DNA of 64,000 nucleotides from Minisyncoccota bacterium (GTDB lineage: Bacteria; Patescibacteriota; Minisyncoccia; Phycocordibacterales; XYD1-FULL-46-19): NCBI GenBank assembly GCA_040879645.1, contig JBBDJY010000006.1, forward strand, positions 94,240 through 158,239. Reading direction: 5' to 3'. The notes under the pieces were generated by a model. The model saw only the letters and a list, made by a program, of their open reading frames with translations, did no database searches and was not told the origin of the DNA. This document shows, one piece after another, positions 55,384-63,130 of this stretch. Position 1 is the stretch's first letter, and each line of letters opens with the position of its first letter. The position numbers and the translations under genes were made by a program.

Positions 55384-56505
55384 TTAAATGTCCAATAGAT
55401 TGTTTAATTGCTTAAGGGTTTTTTGCCTTTGTTTTATGGCGTCTTTTTTTTGAAAATCAGAATCTAAAGTTGAAATCGGACTAAAGACATATTTGCCAGA
55501 CTTAAGATGATCAGTTGTTAAAATCATTTTGACAGTCATTGCTAATATTGATCCGGACATTACCGCCGCAATCCCTAATTGAGGTACATGGTTAATCGTT
55601 TGACCAATTGCTATGAGTGACTTTTGTAGATCTTCTTCCATAAATTCTGTTCCGATAATTTTAGAAGAAAGTTTACTCCAGGCTTTCGGGTCTTTATGGC
55701 GCAATAATGCCAGCCCGATATTTTTTGGTAAACTTACTCGGCCGTGGAAAATCGGGTATTTAGGGTCTCTATCATATCTTTCGATGTCTAAGATAATACC
55801 ATTGCCATTATCGGTCGCCATTAAAACGGGGATTTTCTTTTGTCTTGCTTTTTGCCTTATCCTCACTTTCATCATCAAATTATCCATCTCATCAATTAAG
55901 ATGTCGACGGCCGATAAAAAATTATCAATATTTTTCTCAGTTACTCCTTGGCGGAATATCTTTATGTCAGCGTAGGGGTTATTTTGATAGATATATTCGG
56001 CTGTTCTTTCTGCTTTATTCTGGCCAATATCGAGAAAATCAAAATGGAGCCGGTTTAGGTTGGTGCCAGAAATCTTGTCTCCATCCGCGATTTTCAAGTG
56101 TTTGGCAATACCGGACATCGAAAGAACCATGGCGGCATGACTACCAACGCTTAATCCGGCAATGGCAATTGTCGCATTATATAATTTATCTTGAGCAATA
56201 CTTGATACGACTTCTTTATTGCGAGCGGTTCTTAATTCCTGATGAAGGTCTTCCGGTAAATAGGAGACTAAAGTTTTGTTCCAAGGAAAATAAAACCAAG
56301 TTCCAGGCTTTGTTTGTTTTTTATTGTTTGGAAGATTTTTTATGAATTGTTTAAATTTGGGATCGTTTTTCGATTTTACTTTCTTTAGCGGATTTCTGAC
56401 TTGATAAAGCTCATAGATCAAATCGTCATATTTATCAATTTTTTTAGATATTTCATGAGAATTCTCAAATTTTTTTAGATTTAAAACTCGAATTGGTTTT
56501 TTCAT
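55384..56505 (-). CDS. ThiF/MoeB/E1-like adenylyltransferase with an N-terminal extension of about 105 aa.
   Basis: Rossmann/E1 signature IAIAGLSVGSHAAMVL...IADGDKISGTNLNRL, 373 aa. Confidence 0.7.
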   Translation of the reverse strand: MKKPIRVLNLKKFENSHEISKKIDKYDDLIYELYQVRNPLKKVKSKNDPKFKQFIKNLPNNKKQTKPGTWFYFPWNKTLVSYLPEDLHQELRTARNKEVVSSIAQDKLYNATIAIAGLSVGSHAAMVLSMSGIAKHLKIADGDKISGTNLNRLHFDFLDIGQNKAERTAEYIYQNNPYADIKIFRQGVTEKNIDNFLSAVDILIDEMDNLMMKVRIRQKARQKKIPVLMATDNGNGIILDIERYDRDPKYPIFHGRVSLPKNIGLALLRHKDPKAWSKLSSKIIGTEFMEEDLQKSLIAIGQTINHVPQLGIAAVMSGSILAMTVKMILTTDHLKSGKYVFSPISTLDSDFQKKDAIKQRQKTLKQLNNLLDI

Positions 56506-56515
56506 GGATCCTTAA

Positions 56516-57625
56516 CTACTTTCTTAAATCGGCAATATATTTGTTTTTATAAGAACTTGTTTTGGATGCATCTATGTTTTTTTGGAAAATAATTTTTTTA
56601 TTTTTTAAAAAATTGAGAGTTTCGTTTATTTCGGCTTCTTTCTTCTTTACTTTATTATCAATAAAAATTTCAACCAGATCTCTATCATTGTTGGTTTTAA
56701 TATAAACCATAAATTGGTCGGTAAATTTAAGTAACGAATCTATAATTTTTGTTTTAGATGTCAGAATACCCTGGACTTTAATTAAATCATCACTCCGGTT
56801 TATTATTTCAAATTCCTTCAACGATCCATTCCGGTTATATTTTACATTATCCAAAATATCCCCCGTTTTATATCGGATTATCGGTGTGGCCAGATTATAT
56901 AAATCAGTGACAACTAAATGTTTTAAGTTTTTAATTTCTATCGCTTCAACATATATACCATTGCTTATGACGGTTATTTTTTGAGGATCATCTTTTTTTG
57001 ATACCCCAATCGCCGGGCACTCGGTTAGGCCAAAGTGATTAATGACTTCAATCCCATACCTTTTAAATGTATCGGTATAGCTGTCTAAAAGTCTCTCGCC
57101 GGCGACAATTATCTTTTTGGGGAAATATCTTGATTTTTTTTCTTGTGCCAACAAGTTAAGTAAACTGATGGCATAACTGGGGACCGAAAGCCAAACATTT
57201 GGCCTGATCTTTTTTATTGCTTCTATCATCTTATCTTTAGGATAAGTGTTAGGGGCGCCTAGCGGTATTACCGAAATGTCCATTTTTTGGCAGGCCTTTT
57301 CGTACATACTCCCCGGCACATAATTACCATAGGCAAAAAGGTTTAAGACGATATCGTCTTTTGCTACTCCTGATTTTTTAAGCGATTTAATGGCCCGACT
57401 GATAAAGTGATGAACCGCTTGTTTTGAGTAAAAAACATATAAAGGGAGCCCGGTTGACCCGCTGGTAACCCGTAACTCTAAAAAAGATTTAGGCGTCTTA
57501 AATTTTTTAATTACGTTTTTATTACTGACTGGTACCTCGCTCCAGGTTTTTATTTTTGAGCCCCGATGAAAATTACGTAATATGTCTTGTTGTCGTATTT
57601 TTAGCGATGATTTGTTGTTTTTCAT
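56516..57625 (-). CDS. Adenylate-forming enzyme of the PaaK / coenzyme F390 synthetase / CapK-like family (ANL superfamily).
   Basis: VTSGSTGLPLYVFYS (A3-like), HFGLTECP (A5-like) and YKTGDIL (A8-like). Confidence 0.65.
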   Translation of the reverse strand: MKNNKSSLKIRQQDILRNFHRGSKIKTWSEVPVSNKNVIKKFKTPKSFLELRVTSGSTGLPLYVFYSKQAVHHFISRAIKSLKKSGVAKDDIVLNLFAYGNYVPGSMYEKACQKMDISVIPLGAPNTYPKDKMIEAIKKIRPNVWLSVPSYAISLLNLLAQEKKSRYFPKKIIVAGERLLDSYTDTFKRYGIEVINHFGLTECPAIGVSKKDDPQKITVISNGIYVEAIEIKNLKHLVVTDLYNLATPIIRYKTGDILDNVKYNRNGSLKEFEIINRSDDLIKVQGILTSKTKIIDSLLKFTDQFMVYIKTNNDRDLVEIFIDNKVKKKEAEINETLNFLKNKKIIFQKNIDASKTSSYKNKYIADLRK

Positions 57626-57636
57626 AGAGGAAGAAT

Positions 57637-58044
57637 TTAAACTACATAAAATTTTTCTTCAACCTCGGCCCTTATCTCGCCTCTTATTTTATATTTTCGA
57701 GAATAATTTGTTTTTGAGATAAGAATTCTTTTTAAATTTTTATTTTGAAAAATTTTACCAAATGGTTCATTGGGATTATGAGTGGCCCAATCATTAACAA
57801 ATTTGTTTTTTTTAAGTTTGTTAGTGGCTTGGCATAGGATTTTATCATTTTTTAAAAAGGCAATTTCTCGAAAGATAAAATCTTCGGTTATTTTTTGTTT
57901 TAATAGTTTGAACTCGACATCAGGAATATTTTTTTCAATATATAAAGTTGTTGATAAGGTAATATCATTTAATAATTCGAAAAACCACGGTGCCTCTTTT
58001 TTATTCATTCCAGCAAAAAAGCGATGCAAAAAAATAGCTTTCAT
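57637..58044 (-). CDS. Hypothetical 135-aa protein.
   Basis: ORF in the operon. It is preceded by a 19-aa micro-ORF (58063-58122, MEKYLIKKSYLDMTLLGEK) with an AAAGGTGG Shine-Dalgarno. Confidence 0.4.
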   Translation of the reverse strand: MKAIFLHRFFAGMNKKEAPWFFELLNDITLSTTLYIEKNIPDVEFKLLKQKITEDFIFREIAFLKNDKILCQATNKLKKNKFVNDWATHNPNEPFGKIFQNKNLKRILISKTNYSRKYKIRGEIRAEVEEKFYVV

Positions 58045-58247
58045 TATTTTATAGATTAAATTTTACTTTTCGCCAAGTAAAGTCATATCCAAATAGGACT
58101 TTTTAATCAAGTATTTTTCCATTCTTTCCACCTTTTAATAATATGACATTTTTTATCATACCACGGTTTAATTTATAAAGAAAGATTGATCAATTAAACT
58201 TAAATCCAAAAACTGTTTTTTATTTAACAATTAAAACCGAGATATCA

Positions 58248-59399
58248 TCAGGTCTCTTTTCCGATAGCTTGACTGATGTTGTGATATCCGTCTTGTTGTA
58301 ATAATTTAACCAAACCTTGGTTAATCTGGCTAATTGTTTGTGGTCCGTTAAAAATCATACCGGTAATCATTTGCAAAAGAGAAGCACCGGCTTTTATTTT
58401 TTTATAGGCATCAGTGGCATTAAATATCCCACCGACTCCGATGATGATAAATCTATCCCCGGCTTTTTTATAGAGATAAGAGATTTGCTGATTGGCTAAA
58501 TCTTCGACGGCTTTTCCCGATAGCCCGCCATTTTCCGCTGGCAATGTTTCCTTAATTTTTGCTTGGATGTTTTTATTGGTCTTATCTTTAACTAAATTGG
58601 AACAAATAAAACCACTGATGTTATACTCTTTCCCCAATTCAATAATTTCATCTAATTTGTTTGCCGGCAAATTATCCGGTGGCAATTTTATAAAAATCGG
58701 TTTTGACCAAGTGGCTATCGGAGAATGTTCTGTGGCCAGGGCCGTAAGTAGTTTTTTGAGAGAAGATGGATTGGCAAAAGGTTCTCCGCCAAAAGTATTC
58801 GGGCAACTGATATTGATAGTATAATAATCGCCAACCTTGGCTGCCAAAAAATAACGGTAAGCCGACAGATAATCGGCAACGCCGGCATCGGTCTCGATTG
58901 TCTTTTTGCTATTGGTTTTGGCTAAACTAACACCGACCGGAAAAGCAAATTTTTTGACCTTAAGGCGATGGCTGATAACTTTTGCCCCGTCATTTTTAAG
59001 GCCATAGTAAACCAGTAAACTTTTAGATTTTGGTAAACGCCAAAGACGAGGTTTGGGATTTCCTTCGCAAGGTTCACCGGTGACCGAACCACCTTCCATA
59101 AAACCAAAACCAACGAAGGGTAAAATATCTGCCAATTCTATATTTTTATCAAAACCGGCCGATAAGCCAACCGGGTTTTTAAATTTGATCCCCAAAATAT
59201 TTTGTTCCAGTGTCGGATGTGAATATCCGAAACATAATCTCACTATGAATCTGGTGATTTGGAATTGGCCCAGAAATTTACCAATTTCATTAAATCTATC
59301 GTGAACCTCTTCCGGATTATGTCGAAATAAAATTGGCTTTAACAAAAAACGATACTTCCAGGCAATTATAGTATTTCTAAATTTTATTAATGTTTCCAT
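58248..59399 (-). CDS. pyrD: Dihydroorotate dehydrogenase, class 2 (quinone-type) fold.
   Basis: FKNPVGLSAGFDKN, GFGFMEGGSVTGEPCEGNPKPRLWRL, INISCPNT, GGLSGKA, IIGVGGI...AGASLLQ align with the recalled E. coli PyrD. Confidence 0.85.
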   Translation of the reverse strand: METLIKFRNTIIAWKYRFLLKPILFRHNPEEVHDRFNEIGKFLGQFQITRFIVRLCFGYSHPTLEQNILGIKFKNPVGLSAGFDKNIELADILPFVGFGFMEGGSVTGEPCEGNPKPRLWRLPKSKSLLVYYGLKNDGAKVISHRLKVKKFAFPVGVSLAKTNSKKTIETDAGVADYLSAYRYFLAAKVGDYYTINISCPNTFGGEPFANPSSLKKLLTALATEHSPIATWSKPIFIKLPPDNLPANKLDEIIELGKEYNISGFICSNLVKDKTNKNIQAKIKETLPAENGGLSGKAVEDLANQQISYLYKKAGDRFIIIGVGGIFNATDAYKKIKAGASLLQMITGMIFNGPQTISQINQGLVKLLQQDGYHNISQAIGKET

Positions 59400-59520
59400 C
59401 TATTGGTGCACCTTATTAATTTGAACTGTAGCACATTTTAAAAAGAAAAGTAAAATATTAAAATTAGTCTCCCGAGGCCAAAAAACCACTCCATTTTTAT
59501 GGTTCTTAAGACAAGTCAAA

Positions 59521-59545
59521 AAAACGCCTGTTTAGGCGAGGATTT
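59521..59545 (-). terminator. Small hairpin plus T-run after the GreA-C-like gene.
   Basis: cgcctaaacaggcg followed by ttttttt on the minus strand. Confidence 0.5.
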
Positions 59546-59783
59546 TTTCAACTTTGATTACCACTTGGCGATCTCGAATCACTCCTGGTTTTTCTTCACC
59601 CGCCTGCATTTCAAGCAGAAGTGAAGCCAAGGGAGCATCGCTCGCAATTTTACCTTCGGCGATATCGGTTTGGCCAAGGCCGACAATGGTCCAAGTTTGG
59701 GACTGACCGTTAACCGTGACGGCTATTCGGTTGCCAATCTGGACTTTTGGCGCTTTTTGTTCATGGATTTCTTTGGTTTCCAT
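59532..59783 (-). CDS. GreA/GreB C-terminal (FKBP-like) domain-only protein of 84 aa. The start was moved to METKEIH; the listed TTG start lies inside the operator palindrome.
   Basis: RIAVTVNGQSQTWTIVG..ADIAEGKIASDAPLASLLLEMQAGEE resembles the GreA C-terminal domain. Confidence 0.45.
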   Translation of the reverse strand: METKEIHEQKAPKVQIGNRIAVTVNGQSQTWTIVGLGQTDIAEGKIASDAPLASLLLEMQAGEEKPGVIRDRQVVIKVEKILA

Positions 59784-59807
59784 TAAGGTGATAATAGGCC
59801 CCCGGCC

Positions 59808-59915
59808 AATTGTTGGCAATAGCCGACAAAATGACTTTGATTTTAGTCAAAAATATCCTTGGTTTGCAATCTTTGCCGGCTAAGAGAGAGAATTTCACCG
59901 GTTTTGTTGGGGCTG
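59808..59915. repeat. Repeated regulatory module of about 110 bp, copy D. It contains the palindrome TTGTTGGCAATAGCCGACAA and a TTGACT box.
   Basis: 64 nt are identical to 61147-61209, followed by a similar tail (..ccgrttttgttgggg..). Confidence 0.8.
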
Positions 59916-59936
59916 GATGACAAATCAAGACAATTT

Positions 59937-60485
59937 TTATTTTATATATAGAAAATGTAAAATATGCCAATTTTTGATCTTGTCCTGCCTGGTTAATCCC
60001 TGACCAATATCTTCTGAAGAAAAATAAGGCGGAATGGATAACAATGAGAGTGATTCATCCCGCGAATAAAATGACATTTTTCCTCTTCTTTCCGTCACCC
60101 AGCCATCATTAGGGCCAAATAAAGTAAAATAAAGAAAACCGGATTCGTCCAATGACCGGAAGGCCGTTTTAATTATTCGCGCAATCTCTTGTTTATCGGT
60201 GATAAAAGGTAAAACATTAGCCATTATGATGCCGTCATATTTCTGATTAAAAACAAAATCCTGAATGTTTTTATTTTCAATTCGCCAATAACCATCCTCT
60301 GCTATTTCTTTAAAATTTTTTTGGGCTTGAATCAGCGCTCCCTCGTCTACATCTACTAAAGTTACCTGATATCCGTATTTTAGAAAATCCATTGCTTGCC
60401 GACCATCACCGCCACCCAGGTCAATTAATTGACCGTCAGCTTTTAATAACTTCTCATTTTTTAATTTTTTAAATAAAGGAATCAT
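59937..60485 (-). CDS. Class I SAM-dependent methyltransferase (TehB-like).
   Basis: LIDLGGGDGRQA (motif I), VTLVDVDE, 182 aa. Confidence 0.7.
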   Translation of the reverse strand: MIPLFKKLKNEKLLKADGQLIDLGGGDGRQAMDFLKYGYQVTLVDVDEGALIQAQKNFKEIAEDGYWRIENKNIQDFVFNQKYDGIIMANVLPFITDKQEIARIIKTAFRSLDESGFLYFTLFGPNDGWVTERRGKMSFYSRDESLSLLSIPPYFSSEDIGQGLTRQDKIKNWHILHFLYIK

Positions 60486-60587
60486 AAAATTATTTTAATA
60501 TTTATATTAATTTTAAAACATTAACAAAAAAATCGCGCAATTACCACAGTAACTGCGCGATCCAAGTCTTGGTCACAGAATAGGTAA

Positions 60588-61067
60588 TCAGGTGCAATTG
60601 ACAGTGCCATTGCAATCGTAGTCAGGGGAGCAATCTAACCCACAGCCAACTCGCCCAGATATAGCTCCTTCCTTCGCCCATCCCCAATTGTCAGAGATGA
60701 GAACAGGATCAAGATGTTTCTTGACAGCCTTAATGGTCCGAAGGATACAATCACGGTCTGATACCGAGTCACGTTCTGTCTTAGGAACGTGGTGAATGAA
60801 AACACCAAATTCCCTCTGACAAAATTCTGCGTAGTCTCGCGTGAATAAAATGAAAGAATGCCACCCCTCATCAATAATTGAAGGCGGGGCAATGCTCTCA
60901 TTTTCTTGCTGAGTCAGCCACAGAAATGTTAAGGTATCCCTGAACAATTCCTCGGCTTCTTCCATTGGAAGGCAGAGGTTCCGTGAAAGACGGCTCACTA
61001 CTCCATGGTTATCGTAGTGAAGAACGTCTTCAAGAGAAGCCTTGTTCTCTGTTTGTTGCAAAGTCAT
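60588..61067 (-). CDS. Hypothetical protein with a DUF1399/GRDP-like motif and a Cys-rich C-terminal tail. The start is the ATG after the cassette's Shine-Dalgarno.
   Basis: IIDEGWHSFILFTRDYAEFCQREFG fits a W-H...L....Y...C...[FY]-G pattern, recalled from memory. The tail reads GCGLDCSPDYDCNGTVNCT. Codon usage is more GC-rich than the neighbours. Confidence 0.5.
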   Translation of the reverse strand: MTLQQTENKASLEDVLHYDNHGVVSRLSRNLCLPMEEAEELFRDTLTFLWLTQQENESIAPPSIIDEGWHSFILFTRDYAEFCQREFGVFIHHVPKTERDSVSDRDCILRTIKAVKKHLDPVLISDNWGWAKEGAISGRVGCGLDCSPDYDCNGTVNCT

Positions 61068-61135
61068 ATAATCACCTCCTTTCAAAGACCAAGTTTTTCT
61101 TTGGACCTATTTCCAAAGAATCTAATATCACCTTA
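61068..61135 (-). promoter_or_regulatory. Conserved 5' leader cassette, copy C: TATTAGAT, a 7-bp hairpin CTTTGGA/TCCAAAG, then AAAAACTTGGTCTTTGAAAGGAGGTGA.
   Basis: Seen directly. Confidence 0.6.
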
Positions 61136-61146
61136 CTGAAAAAAAG

Positions 61147-61255
61147 AATTGTTGGCAATAGCCGACAAAATGACTTTGATTTTAGTCAAAAATATCCTTG
61201 GTTTGCAATATCTTTCGATTTCAGGTGGAAATTTTGCCGATTTTGTTGGGGAGAT
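61147..61255. repeat. Repeated regulatory module of about 110 bp, copy C (palindrome at 61149-61168), lying between divergent genes.
   Basis: See copy D. Confidence 0.8.
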
Positions 61256-61316
61256 TAAACAATCCATTCGTCGCCAAAATATGCAATGGATATTGTTTGT
61301 GAGATAATAAATATCT

Positions 61317-62198
61317 ATGAGATTAGATATCATTGTCAATAAACAGGCAAATTTCTATTTTTTTGCCCAAAATCTTTCCGAATGGCATTTCAGTAATCGA
61401 AAAGATTACAATACTTTATGGCGTAAAGAATTAGGAAAATTTTCAGATGATGAAGAATTAGCCATTAAACATCTAAAAAAGATTCATCTGCGGTATTCGT
61501 TTGGTAAATCATATTTAGGACGTCACTTTTTTCTTGAAGAAAATCCTTGGTTTTTTTTAAAGACGAGAATGGCTCAAGAAGACTTTATTACACTTAAAAA
61601 TATTTTCTCTTTATTGGAAGATAAGTTTAATCTTTTTTGGAGTAAAGAAGCGCCATTGCTTTTAGCGTGGCAAAAAGAATTAGCCAATAAAGCAGATGAT
61701 CACCTAATGATAGAAAATATCATTGAATTACTGAAAATAATTTTCAATACTAATCCTTCAACGTCTGAAGTGGCGATAAACCTATTGCCGTCTTCCCCTG
61801 TCCATACCGGAGGCGGAGCAAATATTGACAGTAAAAATATAACTTTAGAAATTTCTCGATACCCCAAGCAAGGCACCAATCACGCTATGAGTCTTATTTG
61901 GCATGAAATTATCCATCTATGTTTCCAAGAACAGTATTTCTCCGCGCTAGTGTCAGAAAAATTGCCAAACGATAGACAAAAAGCTGATTTGATAAATGAA
62001 ATTGCTATCAGGTCTTTATTTCCTAGGGGTATTTTAGGGATAAGATTATTCAAAGAGGAGTCTAGGCGTAAATTAATAGAAGAAACTAATCCGGAACAAA
62101 CAGTTAAAATTATTGACCTGGCAAAAGAGTATGTGGACGATAAAAAGTCCTTTGATAATACATATATAGAGAAAATTTTGGAGATTTTAAAAATATAA
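61317..62198 (+). CDS. Hypothetical HExxH protein (putative zinc metallopeptidase).
   Basis: WHEIIH motif, 293 aa. Confidence 0.45.
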   Translation: MRLDIIVNKQANFYFFAQNLSEWHFSNRKDYNTLWRKELGKFSDDEELAIKHLKKIHLRYSFGKSYLGRHFFLEENPWFFLKTRMAQEDFITLKNIFSLLEDKFNLFWSKEAPLLLAWQKELANKADDHLMIENIIELLKIIFNTNPSTSEVAINLLPSSPVHTGGGANIDSKNITLEISRYPKQGTNHAMSLIWHEIIHLCFQEQYFSALVSEKLPNDRQKADLINEIAIRSLFPRGILGIRLFKEESRRKLIEETNPEQTVKIIDLAKEYVDDKKSFDNTYIEKILEILKI

Positions 62199-62272
62199 AA
62201 AGTGGCCAGCTATGAAGTGTTTGGTCACATATTTGCCTAATATTTTTTGAGGTATATTATTAGCAGTAATTT

Positions 62273-62980
62273 ATGGAGAAAAAAGAGAAAAAACATATTA
62301 AATTAAAGACGGGAAAGGGAGATAAAACTATCGATGTTTTTTTTGGCACCGGATTTGTAAACAAAAAAACTATTGGAATGATTAAAATTGGGGTACAAAA
62401 AGCTTTCAAATTCTTTAATCAAGTTGAAAAAGTTAATTTCAGGATAGACCTTGTCTCATCTAGATCGGAATTTGACAAAAAAATCGGTTTTAAGACTGAG
62501 GATTGGTTTATTGGAAATTCATTTGGGAATAAGTTTATGATATTTAGTCCCGAGACGATAGAAAAAGAGACTAGTCATAAAAAAAATGAATTTATTCCCC
62601 TCATAGCGCATGAAACCGCCCACATTTTGCATAAAAAAATTAATCCTAATTTTAGTCACTGGATGAGTGAAGGTATTGCTCAAAATATTGCCGAGCAAAA
62701 AACAAAAAAAGATATAAAACCCGAGAACATAAAACATTTTTTAGAGCATAATTTATTCCAAAATTCTGATTATAGAGAGTTCATCTCTCATCAGGGTTAT
62801 GAAATTTCGAATAAATTGACCAAGTTTTTTATTGATCATTATAGTAAAAAACAAGTCATGGACTTATTGAAAATAAAATACAGTTCCTCACCTGTTGTGA
62901 TTGAAAAAAAGTTTTGTGATAGATTAAGAATCGACAAGAATCATTTGATTCTTGCGGTTAAAAATATCTTGAAGGATTAA
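62273..62980 (+). CDS. Putative zincin-like metallopeptidase (HExxH + E).
   Basis: IAHETAHILHK...SEGIAQ, 235 aa. Confidence 0.5.
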   Translation: MEKKEKKHIKLKTGKGDKTIDVFFGTGFVNKKTIGMIKIGVQKAFKFFNQVEKVNFRIDLVSSRSEFDKKIGFKTEDWFIGNSFGNKFMIFSPETIEKETSHKKNEFIPLIAHETAHILHKKINPNFSHWMSEGIAQNIAEQKTKKDIKPENIKHFLEHNLFQNSDYREFISHQGYEISNKLTKFFIDHYSKKQVMDLLKIKYSSSPVVIEKKFCDRLRIDKNHLILAVKNILKD

Positions 62981-63045
62981 ATAAAAGGTCCGAGAGATTA
63001 CATCTCCCGGACCTGGTTCGTTCTGTCTGTCTACGGCTTGAAACA

Positions 63046-63115
63046 GCCGCCACCCAGGTCAATCAATTGACCGTCAGCTTTTAATAACTTCTCATTTTTT
63101 AAATAAAGGAATCAT
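63046..63115. repeat. Duplicated fragment of about 70 bp, copying the 5' end and start region of the methyltransferase gene at 60409-60490.
   Basis: gccgccacccaggtcaat(c/t)aattgaccgtcagcttttaataacttctcatttttt...aaataaaggaatcat. Confidence 0.8.
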
Positions 63116-63130
63116 TGATAAGATATATTT

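Noticed and set aside
59761-61339. ORFs 59761-59970(-) and 61133-61339(-), which share the peptide CKPRIFLTKIKVILSAIANN.
   Set aside because: They arise from translating the repeated 110-bp regulatory module. There is no Shine-Dalgarno, and the similarity is at the DNA level.
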